Shown one piece after another: positions 37,539 through 48,630 of a DNA stretch of 64,000 nucleotides (its first letter is position 1; each line of letters begins with the position of its first letter). This DNA is from Amphiscolops sp. MND2022 (taxonomy: Eukaryota). The stretch lies in contig OZ076409.1 in the NCBI GenBank assembly GCA_964187785.1, positions 83,082,001-83,146,000 on the forward strand, in the 5' to 3' direction. Below the pieces are notes generated by a model. It made no database searches. It saw nothing but the letters and a program-made list of their open reading frames with translations, and was not told the DNA's origin. A program made the position numbers and the translations under genes.

Positions 37539-40500
37539 TCAAGGCCGAGCTCGGGATCGCCCATGTCTGACTCTGTACACGTGGGTCGTCGAGAACTTCT
37601 TCTTGTACACGCAATAGATCCCTGTGAGAATCAGGATCCCCATGACGATGCACAAAGCCATGATCACCAAGCTCAGGTCTGGTTTCTTTGCTTGTTCCAG
37701 GGTCGGACTCTCAGTTGATCCAAGTTCCACAGCCCCGCCAAGATTTTGCAGAGAATTGGCGTCATCTTTCGATACGTCCAAAGTCTTGTTTTTATCGTTT
37801 TCTCCTTGTTTGGAAGTTTCATTGATGTCTGCACGCTTATCGGGAACAATTGTTTGGCAGAAAAAAGAACCGATTTGATTGACACAATGTTCGGTTGCCT
37901 CGTCGCAAAATGGTTGATCGCTTGAACATTCGTCGAAGTCCGAGAAATAAACCGAAGCTTCCGTGCTTTCAGATTCTTGTGACACAATTTCACTCGACAG
38001 AGATAACTTTGAATCTGTAATTTTGCGGTAGTTTTCGGCCTTTCGCGTCAATGTATTAGGATCCATGTTGCCTGCCGGGAAATGCAAAATTCCAAAGTGG
38101 TAATGAGAATCTTGTTTTTCTAAAGGACTGGTCACTTCAACCAGAATAGCTTCGCTGATCAAATGTTGGACGAAGTTGAAGAAAAAATTTCCAGACGTGT
38201 TGGACTGTTCCATCTTCAAATTATAGATGTAAGTATTTGAAAGTTCCACTCCAACTTGTCCAGGATAATCTTTGATATTTTTCAATGAAATTTTTGGGTG
38301 TTCTCGCCAGAAGTTACGTGGAAACTGGTCGTCCTTTTCCCCATCTTTTGTGATCAGTTCAACGTCTTTTTTGTCTATACTGCTGGGAAACACATCCAAT
38401 GCGTAAATATATCCAAGAGTTCCGTCGAATTGAGGTGACGACTTCTTGACGTATGAAATTTTGATATGATTCGTCAATGATAAATACATGGGCATAATAT
38501 CACAAAAAGCGGTCAATCTCATAAGGTTGCCATACCAAAACTCAGATATTAAAACGTATTGATCTCTTCTGTGACAAGATGTGGTTTTCCCTGTTACATT
38601 GTCAATCGAATTCGAAGAAATGTTGAAATAGATTGGAGTCAAAACTATAACTTCGTTTTCATCGACTTTGATTTCATCAATGCACTCTCTAGGCGCAAAA
38701 GGTCCAGCCTTGCCTAGATTCGAATATATGACGTAATCGCTATTATTTTCGGTTCTTTCACAGATTTCATGTTCCAAAGATGACCGTTTGTTCAAATCCA
38801 TATGCGCTGGAACTTGGCTATTTAAAAGAGTAGTAACCGAAGCAAGGAACTTGCTATTAGCAGTAAACATGGTTCTTTTCGTGAATACCCCAGTCATCTG
38901 AGGTATTTTCAAAAAGTCATTCACTATCAACATCGCCGTGTCAATATTCTCAACAGATGGCGACATACTGGCTGGTTCCATGAGCTTGGAAACCATTTCA
39001 GTGTACCCTTTCATCTCTTTTCCTGTTTGCGAAATCTTCAGTGCATCCCAAGTTTGTGAGCCCAGTACTAGTTCCACAGTTTGATAAAAATTGTCAAAAT
39101 TTGGTTTAATTGGTTGGTTGAAAGTCGGAAATTTAGAAGTGATTTGGTTATAATTATAATCCACTGACTGTAATTCCCAATTTGACAGGTTTTCCGGGGA
39201 GAGAGCAAGAATTACTTGAACGTCAATAATTTGATCATCATTCTCAAACTCGGGACTCAACTGCAGCTTGAATGAATTTGCGATGAAATTCGATGAATCA
39301 TCGATACTTGATTCGTTTGAGATCGAGCTCAATCCCGATTTGCAAGTGTCCAAAAAATGCCCAAGTTTGAAACATATGTACTGGTTTGATGAACTGAAGC
39401 TCACGAGCTCTGCAAAGACCCCTGGAGAAGTTCCGTTTATTAGGTCATGTTTGATCGAGTAGGGGTACTTTGGAAACTCGGCAGGATTCCAGCTCTCTTC
39501 GTAAACAAACAATTCTGGCGCGTTTATTAGCTGTGTGTGAAAGATGGTTCCTCGCATACATTGAGCGTTCAGTTTAAAGGCTTCGTAGCTATAACAAACA
39601 AGACGGGAACGTTTAAAGTCGGTGCTATATCTAAGGCTCAAAAAGCGCAAAATTTTTTGAAAAACTTGAAATTTGAATTTCCTTTCGGAAAGAGTCGCAT
39701 AGTGCCGAAAAATGTTAAAGGGGACCCTTTGGGCTCTATTAACATATATTCTGTTGCAAAATATCAAAAAACTCGAAAGGGGGACTCTTTTGAGACATTT
39801 AAAAATTTTCAAAAAAAATCGCACAATGCCGAAAAAGATCGAAAGGGGGACCCTTTAGTCTCGTCCGGTTTTGTAGGTTACGTTAAAAAAGTAAAAAATG
39901 AAAGAGGGACCCTTTTGCACTAATTTCCGCTGACCGGACTTGGCCTTATGGCCTTAGTTTTAGTAGTTTCTATTGTAAGAAAAGTGGACCAATCAGAGAG
40001 GTGGTAGTCTGACGAAGAAAAAGAAAAACTAGCCACTGTAATAGTCGAGCTCTTTTCAATAGAAGAGCGCCGACTAAAAACAACCGAGGTTATTTAAAGA
40101 TGCGCAACATCAAGTTTTACAGTATTTCGTAGGCAAATTTTTTGATACTTCCATCTGCATTAAATAACAACCCTGGAACGGCCTAACTCGGTGCCACGCT
40201 TGAGGCTCGAAATGCGCAAAGTGATTCGAACCTGCAAAGTAAGTTTTCAAATAATATCCATTTCATGTTCAAAAAAACAATGGAATCTCTTTGGGCTTGA
40301 AAAGCTTAATTCTAACTTCAAAAATGCTAAATGGCTGTTTCCATGAAAATTCTACACACTCAGTGTCAAAACTGCTCAGTGAAAAAGTCAAAAACACAAT
40401 CCTGATGAAATTCATATTTTCCGAAAAACGTCCAAGTGCCAAAAAATTGGACTTTTTGGGTTTTAAAGACTTTACACTGAAAATATCGAAAAACCAAAAG

Positions 40501-41563
40501 CGGGCTTCTGTTGTGAACATTGGAATTTCTCGAAAAAGTTGCACTGAACCTACGTATGGGTTCAAATTCGAATAAGTATGTTGAACAAAACCTGTAGGGA
40601 GTACCTTTAAAAGATTGTCATTTTGACACAAGGTACTGTTATAGTCACTTAGACCGGATTGGAGAAAAAAAACAAAGCCACTACAAGAATCGCGTTTCGT
40701 TTCACAAAGTGTCAGTTTAAAAATTCGCGAAAAACCTGTTTTAACTAAAGAAATATAACCTGTGATGTCTCGCGATCGCTGTAACGACTGGATGCCGCAC
40801 GAAATTGAATGCATCAATGTGCTCAAAGTTTCCGCATGTCACAATCTTTCCCTTCCTGTCAATTTCCGCGACTTGCGCACTTTTCCTGCTGTACGTGTCA
40901 AACTCCAGCAAAACTTCACTTTCAATGCCATTGGAAGTACCATTCACCAAACGGGAACAAATCTCCGCCAATGTTGCTTGAGATTCTCCGTTTTCATTGG
41001 AAGTCTCATAACCCACGGTGAAGTTCCAACCAGCTTCTGCTTCGGCCTCGTTGAGAGCGAAGTTGATGACGCATTCAGTTCGGTTGCAAGCGGAGCACAA
41101 ATCCCTCAGTTGATACTCAGTTGGTGATTGGTTGCACGAAGAGACGGTGACGTTGCAAGCATCCGAGCTTGAATGAATTTCGTCTTGTGTGGGATGTTCT
41201 GTAAAACGTTATCATGTGAAACAACCAAAATCAAAGTTCAACCAAAGTTTTTGGTCCCTGATTTGAAAACTCGATTTATGCATTCATCAAAATTGAGTTT
41301 AGAAAAACTCCCACTTTTTGGCATGTGGGCATTTTCTATAAAACTACCTGGAAAGTTTTTTTAGCTTGAAGCAAGTAAGAAAGTGTAATTGACAGACGCA
41401 AAAATTCGAAGGTTTCATAGAACCTCAAAACTTGGTGCACAATAATGGAAATTTTCAAACTCTACCGGCTATACAAAACTGTACCATAGGGCTTACCTTC
41501 ATCAGTCAGCGTGGCTGTAGCAAAAACAGCAACGGCTAAAAATATTTTAAAAAGTTCCGGCAT
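37539..41563 (-). CDS. Host gene: type I membrane protein (~851 aa) with signal peptide and calcium-binding EGF-like motif; exons 41497-41563, 40760-41198, 37539-39588
   Basis: MPELFKIFLAVAVFATATLT signal peptide; phase-compatible GT-AG introns; DFDEC...C...CVNQIGSFFC; TM segment LVIMALCIVMGILILTGIYCVY followed by KKK. Confidence 0.8.
39596..40080 (-). mobile_element. DINE-1/Helentron-like non-autonomous element (intronic)
   Basis: Asymmetric subterminal inverted repeats AGTCGGTGCT/AGCGCCGACT, adjacent partial inverted repeat, A/T-run ends; close match to 58011-58514. Confidence 0.75.
40166..40723 (-). mobile_element. Older, diverged DINE-1/Helentron-like copy (intronic)
   Basis: Degenerate versions of both family termini (aacaac...actcggtgcc...gaggctcg; agccactacaagaatcg...taaaaa). 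Confidence 0.45.
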
Positions 41564-42056
41564 TTCTTAGTTGAGTGCCTCCTCTGGGAATCCAGGGAAA
41601 ATTTCGCTTGCTGATGACGCCGATATCAAAACGTTCTCCTACGGAAATTCACTTTTGATGTAAGAGTTCTTCAAGAGGTCACAAGTGAGTCGATGTTCAC
41701 TTGAAAATTCATCCACAACTGGCTGGTTATTGAAAAAAGCAGTTGCTGAACTGCGAAACAGCGTTGTCTCCGAAAATAGTTTTCGGTAACATGCGTCCTT
41801 CCGTTGGCCTATAATAAACGAATCGGTCGTTGCTCATTTCGTATGGGCTTGCATTTGTCAAACAAGGCTCTTAAAACTACTCGATTACTCTGTCAATCAT
41901 TTCACTTCATTACGTCAAAATCGATGTTAGACCTGTTTTGTTCACTTAGTAAACGATTGACGGAAAAATTGTAAGAATTTCAGTATCTTGTTTACAAATG
42001 GAGCGACTTCAAAGAATGAAACTTTTGTGCGTTTCGTTTCTTTTTGGTTCACCTAG

Positions 42057-42158
42057 TATAGACCGTTTCAAAAAGTTCGCGAGACTAGGTACCAGTCACA
42101 ATATGGGGCTACATGTCGTATTGGGGTTTCGGTCGCGAACTTTTTGAAACGGTCTATA
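42057..42158. mobile_element. Tiny MITE-like element with 26-bp perfect inverted repeats
   Basis: tatagaccgtttcaaaaagttcgcga / tcgcgaactttttgaaacggtctata. Confidence 0.7.
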
Positions 42159-43425
42159 GATGCCGAAAAAGCTGTGATATCATTATTGAAGCCAAATCGG
42201 CTGAAAGCTGATTTATTTCACACAATAGGTATGATAACCTCATCTTTAAGCCAGACGTTAAGACCCAGCAACGGTGAGTTTAGAATGAGTCGCAGCTGAA
42301 ACCGCTCTGCTACTCGTCGAATGCTCTATAGAGAATGCACTATAGCCACGAATGCTGCTACTCGTCGAATGCGCTATAGCCAATTATTTGAATGTCAAAC
42401 CTTGCTGTAATTGAATGCCATGTTTTTAATTCCAGTAATTTAAATACTAAAAGAAGCTCGAATAAAACTTCGTTTCTATTTTTTTTTGTAGTTTTCACTG
42501 TGTCAATGTTCAAGCTCTTTTGTATAACTTCTGAAACGGTGGATGAAACGGAACAGTTCCTCAGCATTAGTATTCAGGTGGTAATAATGAATTTATCCAT
42601 TACTTTGCAATACTTTTGTAACGCTTCGCCTTTCCAATATTACACATCGTTCAACATGGGGCGTTTAACTCAACGTGCAAGTGCCCCAGGCTAGCAATCC
42701 ACCTCGAAACACCAATGAAGACCAGTTGAACACCTGTGACCGCCGATGGAAGCTAGTTAGGATTTTTGTCACACTCTCCACCAGCGATCACCGGATCTTT
42801 TTTTCAAAAAATATAAATCTCGAGAATATGAAATGGAATCATTTCTTTTCAAACTTCTAACGCTGGCTGCTGGGAAATGCCAATATTTACATTGTAAAAT
42901 CAAAGTCGCTTTTCGTTACTGCGCGTCCTGAAGCCGCAATGCGTCCTTCAGGCGAAACAAAAATTATAGCACTTTACTTGGGTAAAGTGCTGGACAGTCA
43001 TTAATTATACAGTAGGGGTTTTGAGATACTTGGTATTAAACTTGCTATGTTGCCAAAGGTGGCAGATATCACATCAGTGGTCCACTAGTCGGACGTCAGT
43101 AGAGCATTGGTGACCACCGAATGCCAATGGCAATATTTTTTGTTCAAAATTGATTTCCGGTTGTTATTTACTTGCATTTGCTTTACAAGTTTCTGGTCAT
43201 TACAGAGTGTTGTTTTCAATACAAGAGTTTTGTACGGAATTAAGTGTCTCTGCAGATCTCGGTACCTGATCAAACGTACACGGTGAAAAGTTCGAGCGCT
43301 GAGATTTCGAAAAAAATCAATCCGGAAACAGAGGAGACAAGCATACCCTGACACTTCAAGGTTTTCTATTTAAACAAACGTTGTTGGATACGTTACTGTT
43401 ATCATACGACACCCAAGACGCAGCT

Positions 43426-44460
43426 CCCTGGGTGAGAAAAATGCTTTCCTTGTCAGGATCTTTAAAGAATCTTCAAGATCTTTCAAGATATTGCATTTGC
43501 CTAGAAATTCTTGAGAGAACCTTGAATTATCATCGCTTAGAATCCTTGCAAAGAAAAGAGTCCCCAGGTTTTCAATATGCGAATCGGTGACGATCTGCAG
43601 GATTTTTGCAGAACTTTGCAGTCATGTGCAGATTCGCAAAAAATGACCTACTCTGAGACTCAATAAAAACCCCACAGCGATGTCAAACGAATAACAAAAA
43701 TGTTTAAAACTGGAGAGAAGTCTCAATTATGTCAAAATGATGAAACATTTTTCTGCAGCAATATGCACAGATCTGTAGAGAGACAACAACGTATTCCGAG
43801 TTACCAGCAACTACTAAAATTAGTCCAACAAACCTTGTTCCCGAAATATCACAACAACAACACTTAATCATCACATATACCAACCCAAAAAGTTGCCAAA
43901 GTCAATTTTTATTCGTCAAAAAGAAATTAACATGGCAAACGAGCCCCTCAAAGTTCAACAACCACTACTGGAAAGTTCGAGTGAAACGGATAAATTACGG
44001 TGCATAAACAATACCGCACATTCTCCAATCACAATACTTACCGTGATGGGGACAAAATTTCCTTCTCGACAATTATGAGTGATGGAGAGTTTCAACTGAC
44101 TGAAACTTCGTCAGCTGAAACACTTGATGAAGTAGTTGAAGAAGTCCAAAAAAGCAGTAATTTGGTTCCTTGGAAGCTGCAGAAAAACATATTTCTGCAA
44201 AAATATTCCAAGACAATTTGCACACTTCTGTAAAGATTCTGCAGATCTGTATTGTTCAAGATTCAGTGCAACGATCTTTGCAGCAGCCTGCAGAAAAAAA
44301 TCCTGCAGATGATCACAGATTTGCAAAGGTCGAAAACCTGGGTCTTTCAAAAAAAGTAATTTCCTTGCACGATCTTGCGAGGAAGGTGTTTCCTTGAAAG
44401 ATTTTACAATGATTACAACTCCCTGTATGACTCTCGCAACGATTTTTTTCTCAACAAGGG
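43426..44460. mobile_element. Probable non-autonomous DNA transposon with CCC...GGG termini
   Basis: ccctgggtgagaaaaa / tttttctcaacaaggg imperfect TIR and repeated subterminal gatct/ctgcag motifs; no clear TSD. Confidence 0.5.
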
Positions 44461-45920
44461 TATTAACATGGGATCATAGGGGCCATGTACCACATGAAAT
44501 GCTGATTTTATCACATCATGGGATGTGTGTCATGGGATTCACGATTACAGAAGTCACTCTTACATCATTCTACTTGAAAAAGAAAATCGGGACACAGTAG
44601 TGTTACACTATGGTTTAGGAGTAGCCAGCCCAAGCTTACCAATACATGTATGCAAGTCCGCAATAACCCATATCAGTTCTATACTAGGTAACAATTTTGT
44701 CATCTCTTAAAAGTCTGTTTTCGAAACCTTTCAAAAAGGACATCTTCGTTCACATATGTATGTGCTGGTTAACAAAATTGCAGAATATAACCGAGGTTTG
44801 ACCAGACAAAAAACGTGAGATGTTTTTTTGTCAAACATTGTTAGATATTCCATGGGTCAAAAATTGTCCATGGTCAAATGCTAGCAATGTGTTCAGTACG
44901 TTTGTTTATATGCTATAGAAGGCCGTGGAAACATAGTCTCTTCTAAAAAATTGAAGAGACCTCGAAACGTTGAAGCTACTATGACGAAAATGCAAAGACG
45001 TCGTGACCGCAACTGGCCGCTGAAAAATATTCCAAAAAATACCATCTAAAAGCTGGCAAGCACTTAGTAAACTGCGATCGAAATTATCTTCTCAACTTTT
45101 CTAATGGTTGCTAGAATTTCTCAAACAACGTTAATGGACAAATCAATAGCAGCCGAGGTAAAGTCTTTTGGAAATTTCCTTATCGATAAGAAAGTTGCTG
45201 AACACTCCAACTTCGTCGTCTCAAATCAAGGTCAATGTTTCTGTAAAGACTATGAGAGTCGTTTTCAATCCCGTCCCATCTTCTTATCCGGTCCCATTTA
45301 GTTTTGTAATCTGCCTGTGTCTGATCTAGTGTTGACGGTCAAATTCCCACACGAAGTCCTCTTGAGTTTCGTTTTTTTTCCGGACCAACCTTACTTTTCA
45401 ATTTTTGTTCGAAGTCCTTCTTTGAGCTACCCTACAACATCTCTATATCTGTTATGATCGTTTCTGATTTCTTGATCGAAAAGTGAGAGTAATAATTACG
45501 AAATAAAAGCCGGAAAGAATAGAATGAGAATTCAAGAATGCCGTATTTTATCTATTCGACTGCCGAATGAACTAGACTGAGAAATAAGAAGACCGTTACA
45601 GAATGGACATGCTGAAAAGTTGAATAGAAGCCAAAACGATGTTTTTGTTCAACCATTTGTATTTACTAAGAAAATGCAGGACAGTAAAAGTAGCTTTAAA
45701 CAAATTAGATATCTTATAAACCCGCAAATGATATTGATCAAGTGCCAAATTTAGATGACGGAATTGAAGTGGTAGCGGAATCGTTAGCGAAAACAGAAAG
45801 TGAAGGATAATAGTCTTCAGCTCACATTACATTTGCATTCGGACATGTAACTCTGCCCGAATTAACGAAAAGACTTATGCAGTTTCAAAAAGATTTATTC
45901 AGTTTCCAAACTTATGCACA

Positions 45921-46605
45921 CCCAGGTTGACCATCATGGATATTTCATGGATATTCATCCATGATCATGGATTTTTCAACACATTACATACTTATTCATG
46001 GAAAAACATCAATGATCCATGGCAGAGTGACGCTTCATGGATTTTCATCCATGATTGTCATCCATGATTCATCCATGATTTGCGATGTTGAAAAATTCGT
46101 TCAAATGTTCGAATTAGGCAAAATTTTCTGTGCGTGTCGGTTCTCGTAAAACTGAGGTTTATTTGATTTGTTTGTTTCGATGGATGTCAAATCCCATGAT
46201 ATCCGCTTAATTTGTGCTCTTTTTAGGCGTTTTCATCATTTTTGAAGGTGTTTTCGGAATTCATCAATCCAAAACTAGATTTTATGGTACTAATCTTTTC
46301 ATAATTCATCGAATCTGGTGTATCCAGCTTAACGGCCAGTTCAAAAACTGGACCTTCGCATTAATTTGCATCGATGATCATCCTCGGCGTCGGGGATTTA
46401 ATCCAGGAATCATGGGTTTCCATCCATGAATCATCCATGAATCATTGATATCTTTCCAGGATCATGGAATGATTCATGACATGGCGATCCATGAATCATG
46501 GATGAATCATGGATGAATCATGGATGAATCATGGATGAATCATGGATGAATCATGGATGAATCATGGATGAATATCCATGAATTAGCCATGATGGTTAAC
46601 CTGGG
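45921..46605. mobile_element. Non-autonomous EnSpm/CMC-like DNA transposon with internal 11-bp minisatellite
   Basis: 19-bp TIR CCCAGGTTGACCATCATGG/CCATGATGGTTAACCTGGG, CA on both flanks (2-bp TSD), about 7 copies of gaatcatggat at ~46492-46570. Confidence 0.75.
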
Positions 46606-48630
46606 CAATCAACAACACGATTAGCATTATTATTATTATTGCTATTTATGACCGACAGTAAGACCAACACAATTCCCATAGCTTATGGTTCCCGCACTTA
46701 TGGAAAGTTGGAAACGTTTTTATATTGTGGTGGTCACTACAATTGTAACAACGGAACTAAAGAAAAACAAACGAATAGACCAAGATAAGTGCTGCAGGTA
46801 TTGGAAAAAGCTTTTTTTACAATAAAATGTGGCAAAATGTAGAAACGGAGACACGACTATAGAATGGGGTAGAACAGGTTATGAAAAACATCGCGATTCC
46901 TTAAGAAATACCAAAATCCAAGGAACTCGTGAAAGTTTAGGCCTGACGTATTCAGAGGAATCGTGACAACCAACAAACAAAACTTACAAATTTATTCCAA
47001 ACCCAGCTACAGTGTGTCCCCACATAGTTCAAGTTTTTTTTTCAAAAACACTCCAATTGAAGGTACACACACAAACGAACACGAAAAAGTTTCCGTGCAC
47101 TTTGAAAAAAAATTGCAATGACCAAATATAATGAAGTTGGAAACATTAAGGATCCCCAGAAAAATTGAGCAATAAGACACGAAGCCCAACGGACAGAAAA
47201 GAGTTCCAACGAAAAAGTACGGAATAAACCTGTTACGGAAATAAAGTATACAAGACGGTGGCTGAAAAAGTCTTCAGGTTTGAAACCTGAAACAAAAATT
47301 GTGACAAATAAATATCTGAAACAAGGTTGTGAATATTTCATTTTTGAGAGTGAAATTGATAATGGTGCAGTATAATGTTTTGGCATATTACGCGTCCGAT
47401 CTTATTCGGTTCACTGTCAATCATAGAATTGAAAGGTCACTGAGAACTAAAACCTAGTGATATTCTTTGTTTTTTGTGCATGTTGGCAACTTCGTGTATT
47501 GGATTAGATTCAGCTCAGAATCATTTGATACAAAATTGCGTGGTCGTATAAAATTGATAAAATACAGATCTTTACCTAATCATCTATTTCTCCTGAAACA
47601 AAGTTGAATTAGAACACCGACTCACTCAAATGGTTGATATAATTTGATCTGAAATGAAAAATTTCAATCACTTACCGTGTCTCATAGTTTTTTCAGAAAC
47701 TTGACCAACGATAAGAGTCGAAAGAGGGCAAGAGGGACCCTTTGAATATGCACTCAATCGATGAAAAGTTTTCTGATAGGATGTCCATCTTATAAAGTTA
47801 GTAGAGCATTTTTTTTACAAAAAAGCGTCAACCAGAAACAATCAAAACTACTTCTTAGTTCTAAATGGAATTCTTTTGGTGCATTAATAGTCTGCGTAAT
47901 AATCTCACAGTACTGAAGTACCTAAAGATAACCTCTTCATCTTATAGAACCTCTCCTCGACTTTTTTTTGAATGAAATATTTTCCCAACAATAGAATGCA
48001 GAATAAAATACCAGTAAAGTGATAGCTTTTTGGTCTCAATACTTTATTCAATTCACCTAGAAATTATTGGGGGTAGCGTTAAGAGCACCTGAAAAGTTTT
48101 AGGCCCTAACTGACTAAGGTTTGTACCTTTTAAGGTAAACTAACCAGTGAGTCAACTGGGTCTTTTTTATTCAAAGAAGTGTGCTCTAAATGCGGTACAA
48201 ATCTAATTGAAATTCTGAAATTCAAAATGTTATGATGGTAAAGAAATTGAACTATTTTTTAAACGACGATGTATTGTCGGTAAATTATTCGATAGCGCAA
48301 ACGTTTTATCGCAAACCCTTCTTCGCCTAACTTTTCCTTTGTAAAATCAGAAAATCAAAAACTTAAGAAGTTTTACTTCACTGCTTAAACAGCTTCCTTG
48401 CTTGAAAACCTTGGAATTTATTTTTCAAGCGGTAGATTGAAATACATTGCGAGGAAAATACTTTATTTGTTGGTTTTTGATTACCTTGATCATTTTTTCT
48501 GGGAAAAATTCAACAGAATGGGAGGAAGAATACGAGTAGTATTGAAATTATCAAAGTTTGAAACGTTCTTGTTATTTTTCAAGTTCATTCACTACTTCGG
48601 CTCAGAATGTCGGACGTCTTGGTTAATTCT

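Noticed and set aside
39589..39824. N-terminus of the 761-aa ORF as real protein
   Set aside because: Falls in a dispersed repeat; near-identical peptide appears at 57980-58255; a splice acceptor lies at 39589
46492..46572. Regular short repeats resembling a CRISPR array
   Set aside because: Head-to-tail 11-mers without spacers, no cas genes, eukaryotic context
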